Source of the DNA: a virus
Lineage: Duplodnaviria > Heunggongvirae > Uroviricota > Caudoviricetes
Length of the DNA: 64,000 nucleotides
Reading direction: 5' to 3' (one strand)
IMG/VR virus record: IMGVR_UViG_2706794662_000007
Of the stretch, positions 18,867 through 29,461 are shown piece by piece (within the stretch, counting starts at the first letter, position 1; every line of letters starts with the position of its first letter). The notes below the pieces were generated by a model. That model was not told the origin of the DNA. It saw only the letters and a program-made list of their open reading frames with translations, and made no database searches. The translations under genes and the position numbers were made by a program.

Positions 18867-21800
18867 TTAGTTACGTTGAGTGTTTGGGTTGAGTGATCCG
18901 CCAGGGCGTTTCTCTTGAGCGATAGTCTCAAGCGCGATTGCTTTCATCCGTTGAGCGGCATTGTTCCATATGCTTTCTGTATCGCCGGATTCAGTTGTGC
19001 TACCGTCACTATGGACGTTGATCTCAATTGATACAGGAGAAAGAACATTTCCGCCTCCACTCATACCATCGGTACTGAGCGTTACAGGGATTGTTCGGCC
19101 ATCAGGCAATGGAACATACGCCTCATTCATAGAACCTTCCCCAAACAACGCTAATTGAGGCGAGTTAGCAATACCGCCTTTCTGGTATGCCCGGAGCGGG
19201 ATCACGCCGTCTTTTCCGAATATTCCTCCATTTGCAAACTTCGGGATTGCAGGAATGCCTTTAGTTCCGTCAGCCACACTGCTGGTTGCGGTTTTAGCAG
19301 AGCTTGATGTCAAGCTGTCGAAACCACCGCCAGCCCAAGCTGAAACAAGACCAGATGCAACCGTTGCTCCAAAACTCAACCACTTATTACCAGAGCCGGA
19401 AGCATTAGCTCCAAGCATTGCAAACGCGGCAGACAGCGCGCCGGTAACAGAGCTGAGGTTCTGCATCGAGAAGATGGAGTCCTTCACGGCTTTTGTCTCG
19501 GCATCTTTGGCTTCAGTGCTATCAAATAGCCCTGATACCCAGCTACCAATCGCATTTGTTGCAGTGCCAATTGCGCTGGTGGTCTGCTGTGTTGTTTGCC
19601 CTAATCCAGTTACCGAACTGGACGTCTCCTTCGTGGCTTCTCCTACCGACTTGTCGCCGTTAACAGTGTTGCCCATTCGTACCCCTTGATTGGCAACGGC
19701 GGAAGCAACCCCGGTCAGCAAATTACCACTCTGTGAACTACCAGCTGCGGTGGTTCCCATCCCCAACATGTTCATTAGAGGCAGCGTGATTTGCGACTTC
19801 ACGACCATATTGGTGATATCTTTCAAAATGGACTGAGATAGGCTGGAGAAACTCATCTTCCCGTTAATAACGAAATCAGTCAGGACATCAGTTAAGCCAC
19901 TAAACAAATCAGTCCAGGTGCTTTCGATCTGCTCTGCCAGGTTTTCGTATTCCAGTGCCAACTTCTGCGTCGCAGTCCCCGTCTCTTTAATAAGCGCGGT
20001 ATTGCCAGCAGCAATCAGTTGATTGATTTTCTTTGTATAAAGCGCCACAACTTTAGGATCAGACGCCTTATCACGAAGTTCTATCAACGCTTTGAGATTG
20101 CGGTTGTAGGTGTCTTCGAAATCAGCAACTTTCTCTTCACGAGACGGCGTATAGCCAGCACTAATAATGGAATCCGACTCCGGTGCCCAGGTGGAGATCA
20201 TCTGCTCAACATTGCGGCGATTAAACATCTCGCGATATTCAGGTGTCGCATTTTTGAGGTCTTCAAGACGTTTTTTCGCCTTGTCGATCATCTCTTGAGT
20301 GATGAACTCGTTAGGAACCGCATTAGCCAAATCTGTCAGCGATTTCGTTGTATCGCGAAGAGACTGATCAAACGATACCGTAGCCTTAGAGCTTTCACCC
20401 ATTTGCCCCATAAGCTGATCGGCTTTATCCAGAGCCTTCTGGTATCCGGCTGCCAGTTTCTGTTGCGCTGTCTGTTCTTTCTTGGCCGCACGCTGCGAGG
20501 CATTAGCTGATCGTTGGGCTGCTTTCTCGGCGGCTGCGGCATCCTGTTCACGAGCTTTAGTCAGTGCGGCAATGGCTGCGGCACGCTCTTCATCGCTCAT
20601 TTTCTCCAGAGAGCTGGCACTGGATGCTTTCTGCAAATTAAGCTGCGTCTTGAGTTGTTTAGGCCCAATAATCGGCTTACCTTCGAAGTCCATCATCGGA
20701 GTGCCGTCAGGCAAAGTACGTTGATAAGTCGCAGAATCCATCTGGTTTCGCATATATTGCGCCAGCGCCTTCTGAGCAGCTTTATCAGTTGTACCTAACC
20801 CAAGAACAGTCCCCTGGTTTGACATTACGCCCTTACCAGTTTTGGCCGCGTTATCTCTCTCGAACTCTGCCTGTGTCAGTTCCTGAGCAACGGCTTCCAA
20901 ATGCTCCTGATAACCACGGATACTGCCTTGCAGTTTCTGGATTTGCTCGGTATTTCCATCCTTTTTGGCTTTTTCAAGCTGATCATTAAGAGTCGCTATT
21001 TGCTTCTCGGTAGCATTCTTACGAGAAGAAAATGAATCAACCAGTTTTTGCGCAGGCTCCAGATAGCTTTTGTTTACCGTTTCACGTAACGGTGCCAATA
21101 GCTTGTTCTTTTCGTCATCTGAAAGTGAACCGTCATCATTGATTTTCTGGATCTTATCCAGAGCCTCCTGCCGGGCTTTCACGAATGTTGCCGCGAAAAT
21201 CTGGTTTTCCGCTCGAATTTTCTCAATCTGAGATTCGGCAGCCTCTTTAGCCAAACGCTTTGCTACAGCGCCGTCACCAAGAGCTATCGTGCCGGTTATC
21301 TTTTGATACTCTTCCTGATTTTTTTTCAGGCGTGCTTCGATGTCAGCCTTCGACTCTTTGTGAGTAATAACACCGGCAGAGTTAGATACGTAATTAACAC
21401 CCTCACCAGTTTTTAATGCTCGTTGATCAGCAAGAATCTGCTTTTCGAGCTTTTCTGCGCGGTCGGCCATTTGTGCACGTTTGGCCGCCGTCATCGCCTC
21501 TGGTATTTTCCTAATCTCGTCAACGACCTTTGAAGTTTCGCTGCGGAGCATGGTCATGTACGTGATTAGGCCAGCAACAGCTACAGTGGCAACTGTAAAT
21601 GCTGCCCCTATAGGATTTGCTGCAATGAACGCCGTTAATCCAGCAAAAGCGCCTTTAAGCCCCGTAATCGCCCCACGGATGGCGAAAATAAGAGAGGGGA
21701 TCGGAGCCAGCCCCATACGTGCCGCACGATTGAATCGAGTTACTGCTGTAGCGCCGAGGTTAAATGGAGTCTGTATGGCGGTCGCCATCGTGGCAAAGGT

Positions 21801-23444
21801 GCTAACCATCTTGCTGCCTGCGCCAACTACTCCCATGATCCCTGCTCGCATCAGTTTGAACGCAACCATCGCGGCCACGACCTTACCGAGATTAATTACC
21901 AGCTCTTGGTTCTTTGCTAACCATTGAGCAAGCTGACGCAACCCATCGATTGCCGTCGTTAACCCCGAACCTAAAGAATTGGCAAACGAAATCCCTTCGG
22001 CGCTATTCATGATTGAAGCCAGTTCTTTCATCCCCTTCGATAGAGAATCCAGATATCCGGCCTGACCAACCCGATCAGCAAATAACGTGAATGACGTCTG
22101 AAGTTGCGCCAGCGCACCTGTGTAGGTTTGCATCATGTCTTTCGCTGCGTTCTCATTCTCCGCACGCAGACCAACAAACATCAGAGACAACGCCTGTTTT
22201 GCCTCAACCGTACCGCTGGCAACGGCTTTAGTCAGTTCCCCCATAGTGATGCCTGCGGCGTCTGCCATTGCCTGCATCGCGTTAGGAACGGCTTCACCTA
22301 ATTGCTGACGTAGCTCTTCCATTGACACAACGCCCTTACCGGACATCTGCTGAACGGCCACAGCCGCACGTTTCAACAGCTCACTATCACCACCAAAACG
22401 AGCAACGGAGTCCACCAGCGCCTTCAGAGAACCATCGGTTGGATCTAAGCCAGCAGAACGAAACTTCACGAAGGAGTCTGTTAACGCCTGCATCGCGAAC
22501 GGCGCATTTTGAGCCATGTCTACGATGTACTTCATATCATCAGCGGCAGCCTGGCCCGGGTTGGACTTCTCCTTATTCAACCCTCGAAGCATCACCCGCA
22601 TACGTTCCATTTCGGCCGCAGCTTCAATAATAGGCTTCTGCCAACCAAACATGATACTGGTGACGGTTCTTGCAGCATCTCCGATCTCACCAAGCAGGAA
22701 AATGTTGCCACGAAGGCCAGAGAACATACTGCCTTCGTTATTTTTACCGATATGCCAAGAGTAACCACCACGTCCACCGCTACCCCCACCATTTCCGCTT
22801 CCTGATGTGCGAACGCGTACAGGCTTGTTAATGAGTTGCTGACGTCCGATAACTTCGTCCATCTGCTCACGAACTTTTTTTAGTCCCTCGGCAGCCTGGC
22901 TTGTTGTCACACCCCAATTACTGAGTCGCTTCGTCGTGGTGTTAAGGCGCGTATTCATGCCACTCACGGACGCAGAGGCTTCTTTGACCTCCGTACCAAA
23001 ACGGCTTGCGCTTTTGCTTGCATAGGTCGCCCAGTCAGAGAAATCATTTAGCTCTGATTGCACTTTACGTAATGACGCGGTGAGTTTATCTACTGAAGAA
23101 GTTGTCGTATCGACGCGCTCAATCAGAGCTTTAAGACCAGAATTGAGGCTGGTGATGTTGCCACGCATTTTACGCGTAGCATCTGAAGCAAGCTCAAAAC
23201 CGACAGCTACATCCTGTAGTTTATCTGCCGTAGAATCGAGCTTGCTTTCCAGAACGCCAATGATACGGGCGACCGAACCCAAAGAGCGTTCAAAGGTTTG
23301 GATTTTTTGAGCAGGCTTTGTTACCTGCTCACCAAATCGAGTAAGCAGTTTTCCCGCACGATCGATTGACGCTGTAAACTGTTTGTCTTCCAGCGACAGG
23401 ATAAACTCTACGTTTTGTGACATTCCCTTGTCATCCTCTGCCAA
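18867..23444 (-). CDS. tail tape measure protein, 1525 aa
   Basis: very long coiled-coil/helical protein with Gly-rich stretch and hydrophobic central segments; canonical position. Confidence 0.9.
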   Translation of the reverse strand: MAEDDKGMSQNVEFILSLEDKQFTASIDRAGKLLTRFGEQVTKPAQKIQTFERSLGSVARIIGVLESKLDSTADKLQDVAVGFELASDATRKMRGNITSLNSGLKALIERVDTTTSSVDKLTASLRKVQSELNDFSDWATYASKSASRFGTEVKEASASVSGMNTRLNTTTKRLSNWGVTTSQAAEGLKKVREQMDEVIGRQQLINKPVRVRTSGSGNGGGSGGRGGYSWHIGKNNEGSMFSGLRGNIFLLGEIGDAARTVTSIMFGWQKPIIEAAAEMERMRVMLRGLNKEKSNPGQAAADDMKYIVDMAQNAPFAMQALTDSFVKFRSAGLDPTDGSLKALVDSVARFGGDSELLKRAAVAVQQMSGKGVVSMEELRQQLGEAVPNAMQAMADAAGITMGELTKAVASGTVEAKQALSLMFVGLRAENENAAKDMMQTYTGALAQLQTSFTLFADRVGQAGYLDSLSKGMKELASIMNSAEGISFANSLGSGLTTAIDGLRQLAQWLAKNQELVINLGKVVAAMVAFKLMRAGIMGVVGAGSKMVSTFATMATAIQTPFNLGATAVTRFNRAARMGLAPIPSLIFAIRGAITGLKGAFAGLTAFIAANPIGAAFTVATVAVAGLITYMTMLRSETSKVVDEIRKIPEAMTAAKRAQMADRAEKLEKQILADQRALKTGEGVNYVSNSAGVITHKESKADIEARLKKNQEEYQKITGTIALGDGAVAKRLAKEAAESQIEKIRAENQIFAATFVKARQEALDKIQKINDDGSLSDDEKNKLLAPLRETVNKSYLEPAQKLVDSFSSRKNATEKQIATLNDQLEKAKKDGNTEQIQKLQGSIRGYQEHLEAVAQELTQAEFERDNAAKTGKGVMSNQGTVLGLGTTDKAAQKALAQYMRNQMDSATYQRTLPDGTPMMDFEGKPIIGPKQLKTQLNLQKASSASSLEKMSDEERAAAIAALTKAREQDAAAAEKAAQRSANASQRAAKKEQTAQQKLAAGYQKALDKADQLMGQMGESSKATVSFDQSLRDTTKSLTDLANAVPNEFITQEMIDKAKKRLEDLKNATPEYREMFNRRNVEQMISTWAPESDSIISAGYTPSREEKVADFEDTYNRNLKALIELRDKASDPKVVALYTKKINQLIAAGNTALIKETGTATQKLALEYENLAEQIESTWTDLFSGLTDVLTDFVINGKMSFSSLSQSILKDITNMVVKSQITLPLMNMLGMGTTAAGSSQSGNLLTGVASAVANQGVRMGNTVNGDKSVGEATKETSSSVTGLGQTTQQTTSAIGTATNAIGSWVSGLFDSTEAKDAETKAVKDSIFSMQNLSSVTGALSAAFAMLGANASGSGNKWLSFGATVASGLVSAWAGGGFDSLTSSSAKTATSSVADGTKGIPAIPKFANGGIFGKDGVIPLRAYQKGGIANSPQLALFGEGSMNEAYVPLPDGRTIPVTLSTDGMSGGGNVLSPVSIEINVHSDGSTTESGDTESIWNNAAQRMKAIALETIAQEKRPGGSLNPNTQRN

Positions 23445-23817
23445 ATATTTGCATCAGTTGCTCTTTGGCGTCAGGGTCTGCCCTATCCTGGCTTGGATCG
23501 TAGACTTTATCTGTTACGACTGGTCTTCCAATCCTGAGTTGCAAACCCTCCATGAACGCCTTCACGCCCTCGCCATCTGCCTGAGCAGCGCGAGCGACTT
23601 GCAGGTTGCGGACATCCTCTTCCGCACGTAGACGGTCGATGTTGCGACTGAGCATCCAGAACATCGTGAGAGGGATGTTCAGTAGTTCTAACGGCGACAC
23701 GGCGTAGTGAGCAACTATACGACTGAAATAGAATCCGAGATCTATTGAGACGGTCCTTGTCCCGGATTCATCGCGGGAAATTACTTTGCCCCTTCGCCAG
23801 CCGCTTTTTCGTTTTCT
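23431..23817 (-). CDS. tail assembly chaperone -1 frame extension (gpT-like)
   Basis: -1 frame open from 23817 across stop of 23781..24098; no canonical slippery heptamer identified. Confidence 0.3.
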   Translation of the reverse strand, partial: RKRKSGWRRGKVISRDESGTRTVSIDLGFYFSRIVAHYAVSPLELLNIPLTMFWMLSRNIDRLRAEEDVRNLQVARAAQADGEGVKAFMEGLQLRIGRPVVTDKVYDPSQDRADPDAKEQLMQIFGRG

Positions 23818-24098
23818 TCATCAATCACTTCCATAGCGAAGGTGAAGATCTGCTGAAGTTGCGGAACAGTCAGTTTTTCAAGAACTTCGTCGGGCACTGA
23901 AGGGATAACCTTGCGAACCAGATCTGCATAAGCTGTCACTTGCTCAACAGGAGACATATTGGTCAGATCTTTACCTTCCATCTGCTTAATGGAAACGAAC
24001 AGACCTACCGTCATTTCAACGATGGGATATTCCTGGCCGCCAAATTTGACACTTTTTTTAGGAGGTAGGATGGAGTCGAGATCGAGTAATTTTGTCAT
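23781..24098 (-). CDS. tail assembly chaperone (gpG-like)
   Basis: 105 aa acidic protein between major tail and tape measure genes. Confidence 0.45.
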   Translation of the reverse strand: MTKLLDLDSILPPKKSVKFGGQEYPIVEMTVGLFVSIKQMEGKDLTNMSPVEQVTAYADLVRKVIPSVPDEVLEKLTVPQLQQIFTFAMEVIDEENEKAAGEGAK

Positions 24099-24165
24099 TT
24101 GTTAAAATCCTTTTAAAAGAGAGGCCCATCATGAGCCTCAATTTATAGATTAATAAGTTGCTTGA

Positions 24166-24903
24166 TTATTGATTAACCGTCACTAATTTGGTTACTTTCT
24201 TGCTACCGCTATTGCTGGTGAATGATATGTTTGCAGAACCTTGTTCCACACCACGCACAAGACCAGTGTGATCAACAGTGGCTTTTTTATTATCAGATGA
24301 CCATACGCCTGTTTTATCAACTACATCATCTGGGGTGAAATTAGCAGTCAGTTGAACTGTCGCCCCGACCTTTACACTCGGAGATTCAGGTGTAATCGTC
24401 ACGTTTTTCACCGGTTTTGGGCCACTCATTTTGCCAAGAACCCCCTCATCATCAGGGTACGCGTTGAACTGAACAGAGAACACACGTACATCATCAGACT
24501 GGTAGGACATAGTGAAGTTGCCAGCGGTTGCCGCTTTCGGGAGCGTCAACACATAGTCGGTGGTGTCCTGCGGTGTCAGGACGAGTTCCTTCGCCACGTT
24601 GATCAGATTTACGCCCTGTGCAGATGTGATGGTGACGGAGTTGTCATCTTCGCTCAAAGTAGAACCAGGCATAAGATCGACCATGTTTTTGAGCACAGAC
24701 TCGGCCAGAGGTGCGGTAATGGTAATGTTACGCCCCTGAACCAATTCAGAGATTACTGTCTGACCTTGTTGATCGACTGTAACTTTAAGCGTTTCAGTGG
24801 CTACTTCAACCTGAACACCACCTTTGGTGTAACCCAGATCCACACCACCAAATGATACCTTGCAGGCACCAAGCTTGATGTTTTTTACATGGGTATTAGA
24901 CAT
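24166..24903 (-). CDS. major tail protein with C-terminal Ig-like domain
   Basis: position upstream of chaperones; C-terminal beta-rich segment. Confidence 0.65.
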   Translation of the reverse strand: MSNTHVKNIKLGACKVSFGGVDLGYTKGGVQVEVATETLKVTVDQQGQTVISELVQGRNITITAPLAESVLKNMVDLMPGSTLSEDDNSVTITSAQGVNLINVAKELVLTPQDTTDYVLTLPKAATAGNFTMSYQSDDVRVFSVQFNAYPDDEGVLGKMSGPKPVKNVTITPESPSVKVGATVQLTANFTPDDVVDKTGVWSSDNKKATVDHTGLVRGVEQGSANISFTSNSGSKKVTKLVTVNQ

Positions 24904-24976
24904 TGATGGAAACTCCTTTTTCCGTTAATTTCACGCATTCATTGCGCTATATTTAAGTATATACTTACCTATTTAT

Positions 24977-25465
24977 TTAATTCAATAAATAGCCAGCAAA
25001 TTCAACTGGAATACCGGCTTCTATTAACGATCCATCATTTTTCGGATAAACGACAGGCATAGCCATAGGCCGTACAAGTCGAAAATAGACCTCTCCAGAT
25101 TCCGTTTCCTCTACGGGAAACATATCAATGATCTTACGCGCTTTCTCAATAGTCGTTGTAATTGACGAGCCACGCACAATGATTGTGAACGACTCATGAT
25201 AAAAGCCCTGTAACTCATGATCGATACTGATACCGGTATTTGGGTTAATAAGCAGGACACCGGATTTGACATAGGCAGGTAAGTAATGACAGAAAATGTC
25301 TGTCCCTACCGTGCCAATCTTTGCCTTCTGCATCAAATTTGCAAATGCTTCAATAAACACATTAACCTCTCGTAAACCCGGCTTTTTTGGCAGCCTCAAG
25401 AATCGCTTCGGAGAACTGCTTCTCGCTAATTTCCACCGCTCTTTCCAGAAAGTGTGGACCAACAC
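24977..25465 (-). CDS. tail completion / terminator protein candidate (start uncertain)
   Basis: ORF track; overlaps upstream ORF by ~100 nt so true start is probably an internal Met. Confidence 0.35.
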   Translation of the reverse strand: MLVHTFWKERWKLARSSSPKRFLRLPKKPGLREVNVFIEAFANLMQKAKIGTVGTDIFCHYLPAYVKSGVLLINPNTGISIDHELQGFYHESFTIIVRGSSITTTIEKARKIIDMFPVEETESGEVYFRLVRPMAMPVVYPKNDGSLIEAGIPVEFAGYLLN

Positions 25466-25835
25466 GAGGTTTTACACCTTCAATTGGTGGGTTTGTCACG
25501 TTCTTCATTCGAGAAAGATAACCGAGACGGTATTTGCCCAGCTCCATGTACTTAGCATAGTCACCTACTTCTACGCCAGGATGCCCCTGACGTGGCTTTG
25601 CTCCAGACACAGAAAGCTCAATGCGCAGCCCTGAATAACCTTCTTTAATCACCCTAGCAAAGATGGCTGTCTCCAGAGATCCGGTTTCCAGCGGGGCCAT
25701 TGCACGGCTGAGGCGCTCAACCAAACGCGCCAGCTTTTCCATATCCCGAATAAGATATCGCTTAAATGCTTTCTGGCTGTTGTTGAGTCTATTCCCCGCA
25801 CGTTTGAACTGATGCGCATCGTATTTCAGACCCAT
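25362..25835 (-). CDS. head-tail joining protein candidate
   Basis: 157 aa in head-tail connector block. Confidence 0.35.
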   Translation of the reverse strand: MGLKYDAHQFKRAGNRLNNSQKAFKRYLIRDMEKLARLVERLSRAMAPLETGSLETAIFARVIKEGYSGLRIELSVSGAKPRQGHPGVEVGDYAKYMELGKYRLGYLSRMKNVTNPPIEGVKPRVGPHFLERAVEISEKQFSEAILEAAKKAGFTRG

Positions 25836-26170
25836 ATATTCGCCCCTACTTCAAGATGCCCAGGTCTTCCTCGTAGCCCCCAGCGGCGATGAACACTGGA
25901 CACCTTTAATTTTTGACCTTCAAGGATCAGTACATCATCAAGTTGTACAGCCGATTCCAAAGGGACAACTAACACAGCATCAAACAGCTCCAGACTCGCC
26001 TTGCCACGACTACCAGAGCTATCAGCACGAACTGACGATTTCTCATTACTCTGTTCGAATTTAACTACACCGACATTCGTCTTCCTGACGAACTGCAATT
26101 GCGCTTCACCGTAGACGTTCTTTGTGCCAAAGCGGTAGATCGCAATTTCTGTTTGCCATGAAATATTCAC
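25826..26170 (-). CDS. head-tail adaptor / head closure protein candidate
   Basis: 114 aa, position. Confidence 0.35.
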   Translation of the reverse strand: MNISWQTEIAIYRFGTKNVYGEAQLQFVRKTNVGVVKFEQSNEKSSVRADSSGSRGKASLELFDAVLVVPLESAVQLDDVLILEGQKLKVSSVHRRWGLRGRPGHLEVGANIWV

Positions 26171-26241
26171 GCTCTCTCCCTGTTGTCGATCTCATTGCCA
26201 GCCAAAACTATTGCTTCCAAAACCAAATAATGAGAAAGACA

Positions 26242-27075
26242 TTACGAACGTCGAACAATCATACGATTGTCTATATAACGGATCAGTAAACGCCAGGTGC
26301 TGCGAGCAACATGCACGTTTGCTGATTTACCTGTACGATACATGTTGGTCGTTTCACCGATCGATTCTGACAAAATGCCATCCTCTCGTGCTGCGACGAT
26401 ATCATTGCCATTTGCTATCTCACACGCTTCATTAACAACGGCTAGCATTAACGCTTCTTTGAAGTAGTCAGGGAACTCTTCAAACTTCTCCTGAGTCATC
26501 TTTTCCCAATCGACTAAATCATGCCGGTACGCTCCATCTGCTCCCCACGGAATGTCATACACATTCAGCATATTTTGAGGGCGATCGTATCGGTCAAAGT
26601 CGATACGTAGAATTTTGCGGATTGAGAACGGTAAAGTTTTAATACGTCTTGTAGCCTCAATGAGACGCTTGCGCATTAAGCCTTCACCATCCGACAGCAA
26701 AGTGTCCCCATTCAGCATATCGATCGCCTGCATTTGAGCATCAGCGACAGTTGCAAACGACTGTTCTGGTATCGACAGTTCAAAAGTATTCAGCAGAACA
26801 TACATTTGACGCTCTTCATGCGTAAGGCCCGATGCAACAGCCTTCACAATGACGTACCGCAGATCTCGTTCTTTCTCAGAGAGCTGGTTATATTCAGCCG
26901 ACACGACAACCGGAATCGACATTTGACCGCTGGTAATTTCTAGCGGCTCGCCATCAACGAGAATAGCCCCGGTGCTGTCCTTTACTGTGTAGGTGGCAGA
27001 TTCGATATCCAGCACGTTGAAGGCAAATGAAAGAGAAACAGCTTCACCGCTACGATACGAGTCGATCTGCGCCAT
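26242..27075 (-). CDS. hypothetical structural protein, 277 aa
   Basis: ORF track; inside morphogenesis operon. Confidence 0.4.
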   Translation of the reverse strand: MAQIDSYRSGEAVSLSFAFNVLDIESATYTVKDSTGAILVDGEPLEITSGQMSIPVVVSAEYNQLSEKERDLRYVIVKAVASGLTHEERQMYVLLNTFELSIPEQSFATVADAQMQAIDMLNGDTLLSDGEGLMRKRLIEATRRIKTLPFSIRKILRIDFDRYDRPQNMLNVYDIPWGADGAYRHDLVDWEKMTQEKFEEFPDYFKEALMLAVVNEACEIANGNDIVAAREDGILSESIGETTNMYRTGKSANVHVARSTWRLLIRYIDNRMIVRRS

Positions 27076-27509
27076 TACTCACCGCCTTGTGCTTTCATGA
27101 TGCCGTCAATCATTTCGACAATTCCTTTCGCCTTAACACCAATCTTATTCCCAATTAAACGTAAACCGGCAATACCCTCACTATCAGCAATTGACTCCAG
27201 TTCTTCCCGTGTGAAAGTTTGAATTGGTTTAGCTGGTTCATCTGCCGTTCCGCGCTTCATTGGAACAATGTCAGGTGCTGATGGCTCAACAATCTGATCT
27301 ACGTTCAGATCATTACGTTCGCCATATGCAGCAGATGGAGAAACGTTTTTACCCTCAACAGTTGATGCGCGCATTGATGCACAAATCCTCTGCTGGTCGA
27401 TAAAAGGTAACTCGGAAACGGATACCCCATTCTCAAACTTAACTCCACACAACATTCCCGAATAATCAGAAAATTGCGGTTCCAATAAACGAATTTTTGC
27501 TGGTTTCAT
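27075..27509 (-). CDS. hypothetical structural protein, 144 aa
   Basis: ORF track; first gene after capsid terminator. Confidence 0.4.
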   Translation of the reverse strand: MKPAKIRLLEPQFSDYSGMLCGVKFENGVSVSELPFIDQQRICASMRASTVEGKNVSPSAAYGERNDLNVDQIVEPSAPDIVPMKRGTADEPAKPIQTFTREELESIADSEGIAGLRLIGNKIGVKAKGIVEMIDGIMKAQGGE

Positions 27510-27545
27510 TACGCTTTCTCGCTATACAGGCATATTTAAAACCTA

Positions 27546-27572
27546 CAAAAAGGGTGGGCGTATAGCCCACCC
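27546..27572 (-). terminator. rho-independent terminator after major capsid gene
   Basis: hairpin GGGTGGGC-GTATA-GCCCACCC followed by U-tract on minus strand. Confidence 0.65.
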
Positions 27573-27606
27573 TTAAGCATAGGTAATTACACACCTATTA
27601 TTTTAG

Positions 27607-28527
27607 TTAAATTTTTACATTGTTCAGTGCAGCGATAGCCTTATCGTGCTTATTCGCCAGAGAGCAGTACCATTTCACACGAGTACGTACTGCATCTTTA
27701 TTCTGTACCGTGCCAATGTTCTCCACAACGATACCAGCATTGTCACCGCCATACAGACCGGTAAGACCATTTTCTTCTGACAAATGCAGACAATAAATGT
27801 TAGCAGTGCCTTCCTGGCCTTCCGTTTTCTGCTCTGAATCTTCAGTAACTTTAACCCCATTTTTAGGAATGAAGTCGTTAACAATAAATGGAATACCATT
27901 ATGGCACAGCATAGGACGACCGAAGTTCTCCATCATGATTTCAGACGGGCCTACGTTTACTGTACGCAGCAGCGCACGGTAAGCACGCAGGTGCTCTGAA
28001 CGCATCATGATGCAGTCAGCGCCCAAATCTTTCACCGCATCGACCAGCTCGTCGAACATAGAGAAAGTCATAGATGCACCAGCAATGTCGATCTTCTGAT
28101 CTTTGTGCATCAGACGCGGAATACCATCAAACGCTTTGGTATTAGTTTCAGAATTACCCAAGATCAGATTTCGACGGAATGCACGAGCCAGACCTTTAAC
28201 TTTCTGGCGAACCTGAACAGCCAACTGATTGTTAGTATCGGACATAGTTGTTGCTAAGAATTTATCAACGTCAACGTCACCAGCCAGAATACGCAGTTTT
28301 GCAACATGTTCGCTGAATGTTGCTGCGCCTTCCGCAATAGTATCGTTTACATCAATAAAGGTCGCTTCACTAAGCGTTGCTTCGCGATTATAAAGATATG
28401 CCTTCGAGTTAATCTTCATAAAAGGCAGAATCGCAAACAGGTCATCGCGATCGATGATAGTTTCGATCACACCCTGTTCAAGTTCATTATTGGATAGCTT
28501 TTCAGCTTCTTCACGCAGTAATGGCAT
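27607..28527 (-). CDS. major capsid protein candidate
   Basis: 306 aa directly after scaffold-like gene and followed by strong terminator. Confidence 0.55.
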   Translation of the reverse strand: MPLLREEAEKLSNNELEQGVIETIIDRDDLFAILPFMKINSKAYLYNREATLSEATFIDVNDTIAEGAATFSEHVAKLRILAGDVDVDKFLATTMSDTNNQLAVQVRQKVKGLARAFRRNLILGNSETNTKAFDGIPRLMHKDQKIDIAGASMTFSMFDELVDAVKDLGADCIMMRSEHLRAYRALLRTVNVGPSEIMMENFGRPMLCHNGIPFIVNDFIPKNGVKVTEDSEQKTEGQEGTANIYCLHLSEENGLTGLYGGDNAGIVVENIGTVQNKDAVRTRVKWYCSLANKHDKAIAALNNVKI

Positions 28528-28552
28528 CTATCAATTCCCTTTGATTTAGATG

Positions 28553-29440
28553 TTACTTAAGTCCAATTTTCCCAAGACCAGAGGTCAACTTGTCCATCGT
28601 CGACTTAGACTTCTGTTGGACTACCTTATGGGTTGGTTTGCTATTAGAACCAGCACCCTGTTTGGCTTCGCTGCGCATGACTGCGTCAGCCTCTGGATCT
28701 GCCCGCACAATGCGTTCAATCGCAGATTCAAATGACAACGTGTTTCCTTCACCGTCAACCAGAACAGCTCGATCTTTGTGGCCTGCCGGTTTGTCATAAC
28801 CCACTACGCTACCGTCATCACCGACTTCAAAATGAGAACCGTAGATCACGCGAGCTTTCGCGGGAGTCATTAGAACTTTGTCACGAAGGAAGGCAGAATT
28901 ACTAAATGACGCGCCAACGGTCATCTCAACTAATTGAGATTTCAGTGATGCGTTTTCACTTTCCAGTGCTGCATAACGTTCGTCACGCTGTGCCAGCTCT
29001 GCCTGGTGTGCTTCGATCATCTGTTTTTTAACAGCATCGAACTCACCACGACGCTCCAGTTCAGCTTGCTCCGCCTCACGACGTGTGTTTTCTGCGGCCT
29101 GTTCAGCCTCTAAAAGCTGGCGAGCACGCGCCGGGTCGATATCACCGTACTGAGCAAGCTGATCGGCCAATGTGCGCTCTTTCTCTTTGCGCTTCATGTT
29201 CTCCTTCAGCAGTTCAGCACCAGCTTTCTTGGTTTTACGAAGTTCGGCCAGTAACTCTTCCTGAGTCATGCCAGCGTATTCGTCATCGCCCTTCGGCTGC
29301 TCTTTTTGTTCACCCTGTTTGTCAGGATCTTGTGTACTCTGCTCATTATCAGCAGCTACACCGCCAGCGCCTCCACGCTCATGCGCTTCAGCGACATCCA
29401 TCAGACCACGACGGGCCAAAAGCATTTGCCACAGATTCAT
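28553..29440 (-). CDS. scaffolding protein candidate
   Basis: 295 aa, charged/helical central region, between portal and capsid genes. Confidence 0.5.
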   Translation of the reverse strand: MNLWQMLLARRGLMDVAEAHERGGAGGVAADNEQSTQDPDKQGEQKEQPKGDDEYAGMTQEELLAELRKTKKAGAELLKENMKRKEKERTLADQLAQYGDIDPARARQLLEAEQAAENTRREAEQAELERRGEFDAVKKQMIEAHQAELAQRDERYAALESENASLKSQLVEMTVGASFSNSAFLRDKVLMTPAKARVIYGSHFEVGDDGSVVGYDKPAGHKDRAVLVDGEGNTLSFESAIERIVRADPEADAVMRSEAKQGAGSNSKPTHKVVQQKSKSTMDKLTSGLGKIGLK

Positions 29441-29461
29441 AAAAATTCCTTTTGTTACTTA

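Noticed and set aside
23431-23817. Programmed -1 frameshift between tail chaperone G-like and T-like frames
   Set aside because: The -1 frame is open across the G stop, but no canonical XXXYYYZ slippery heptamer was found; kept only as a low-confidence feature.
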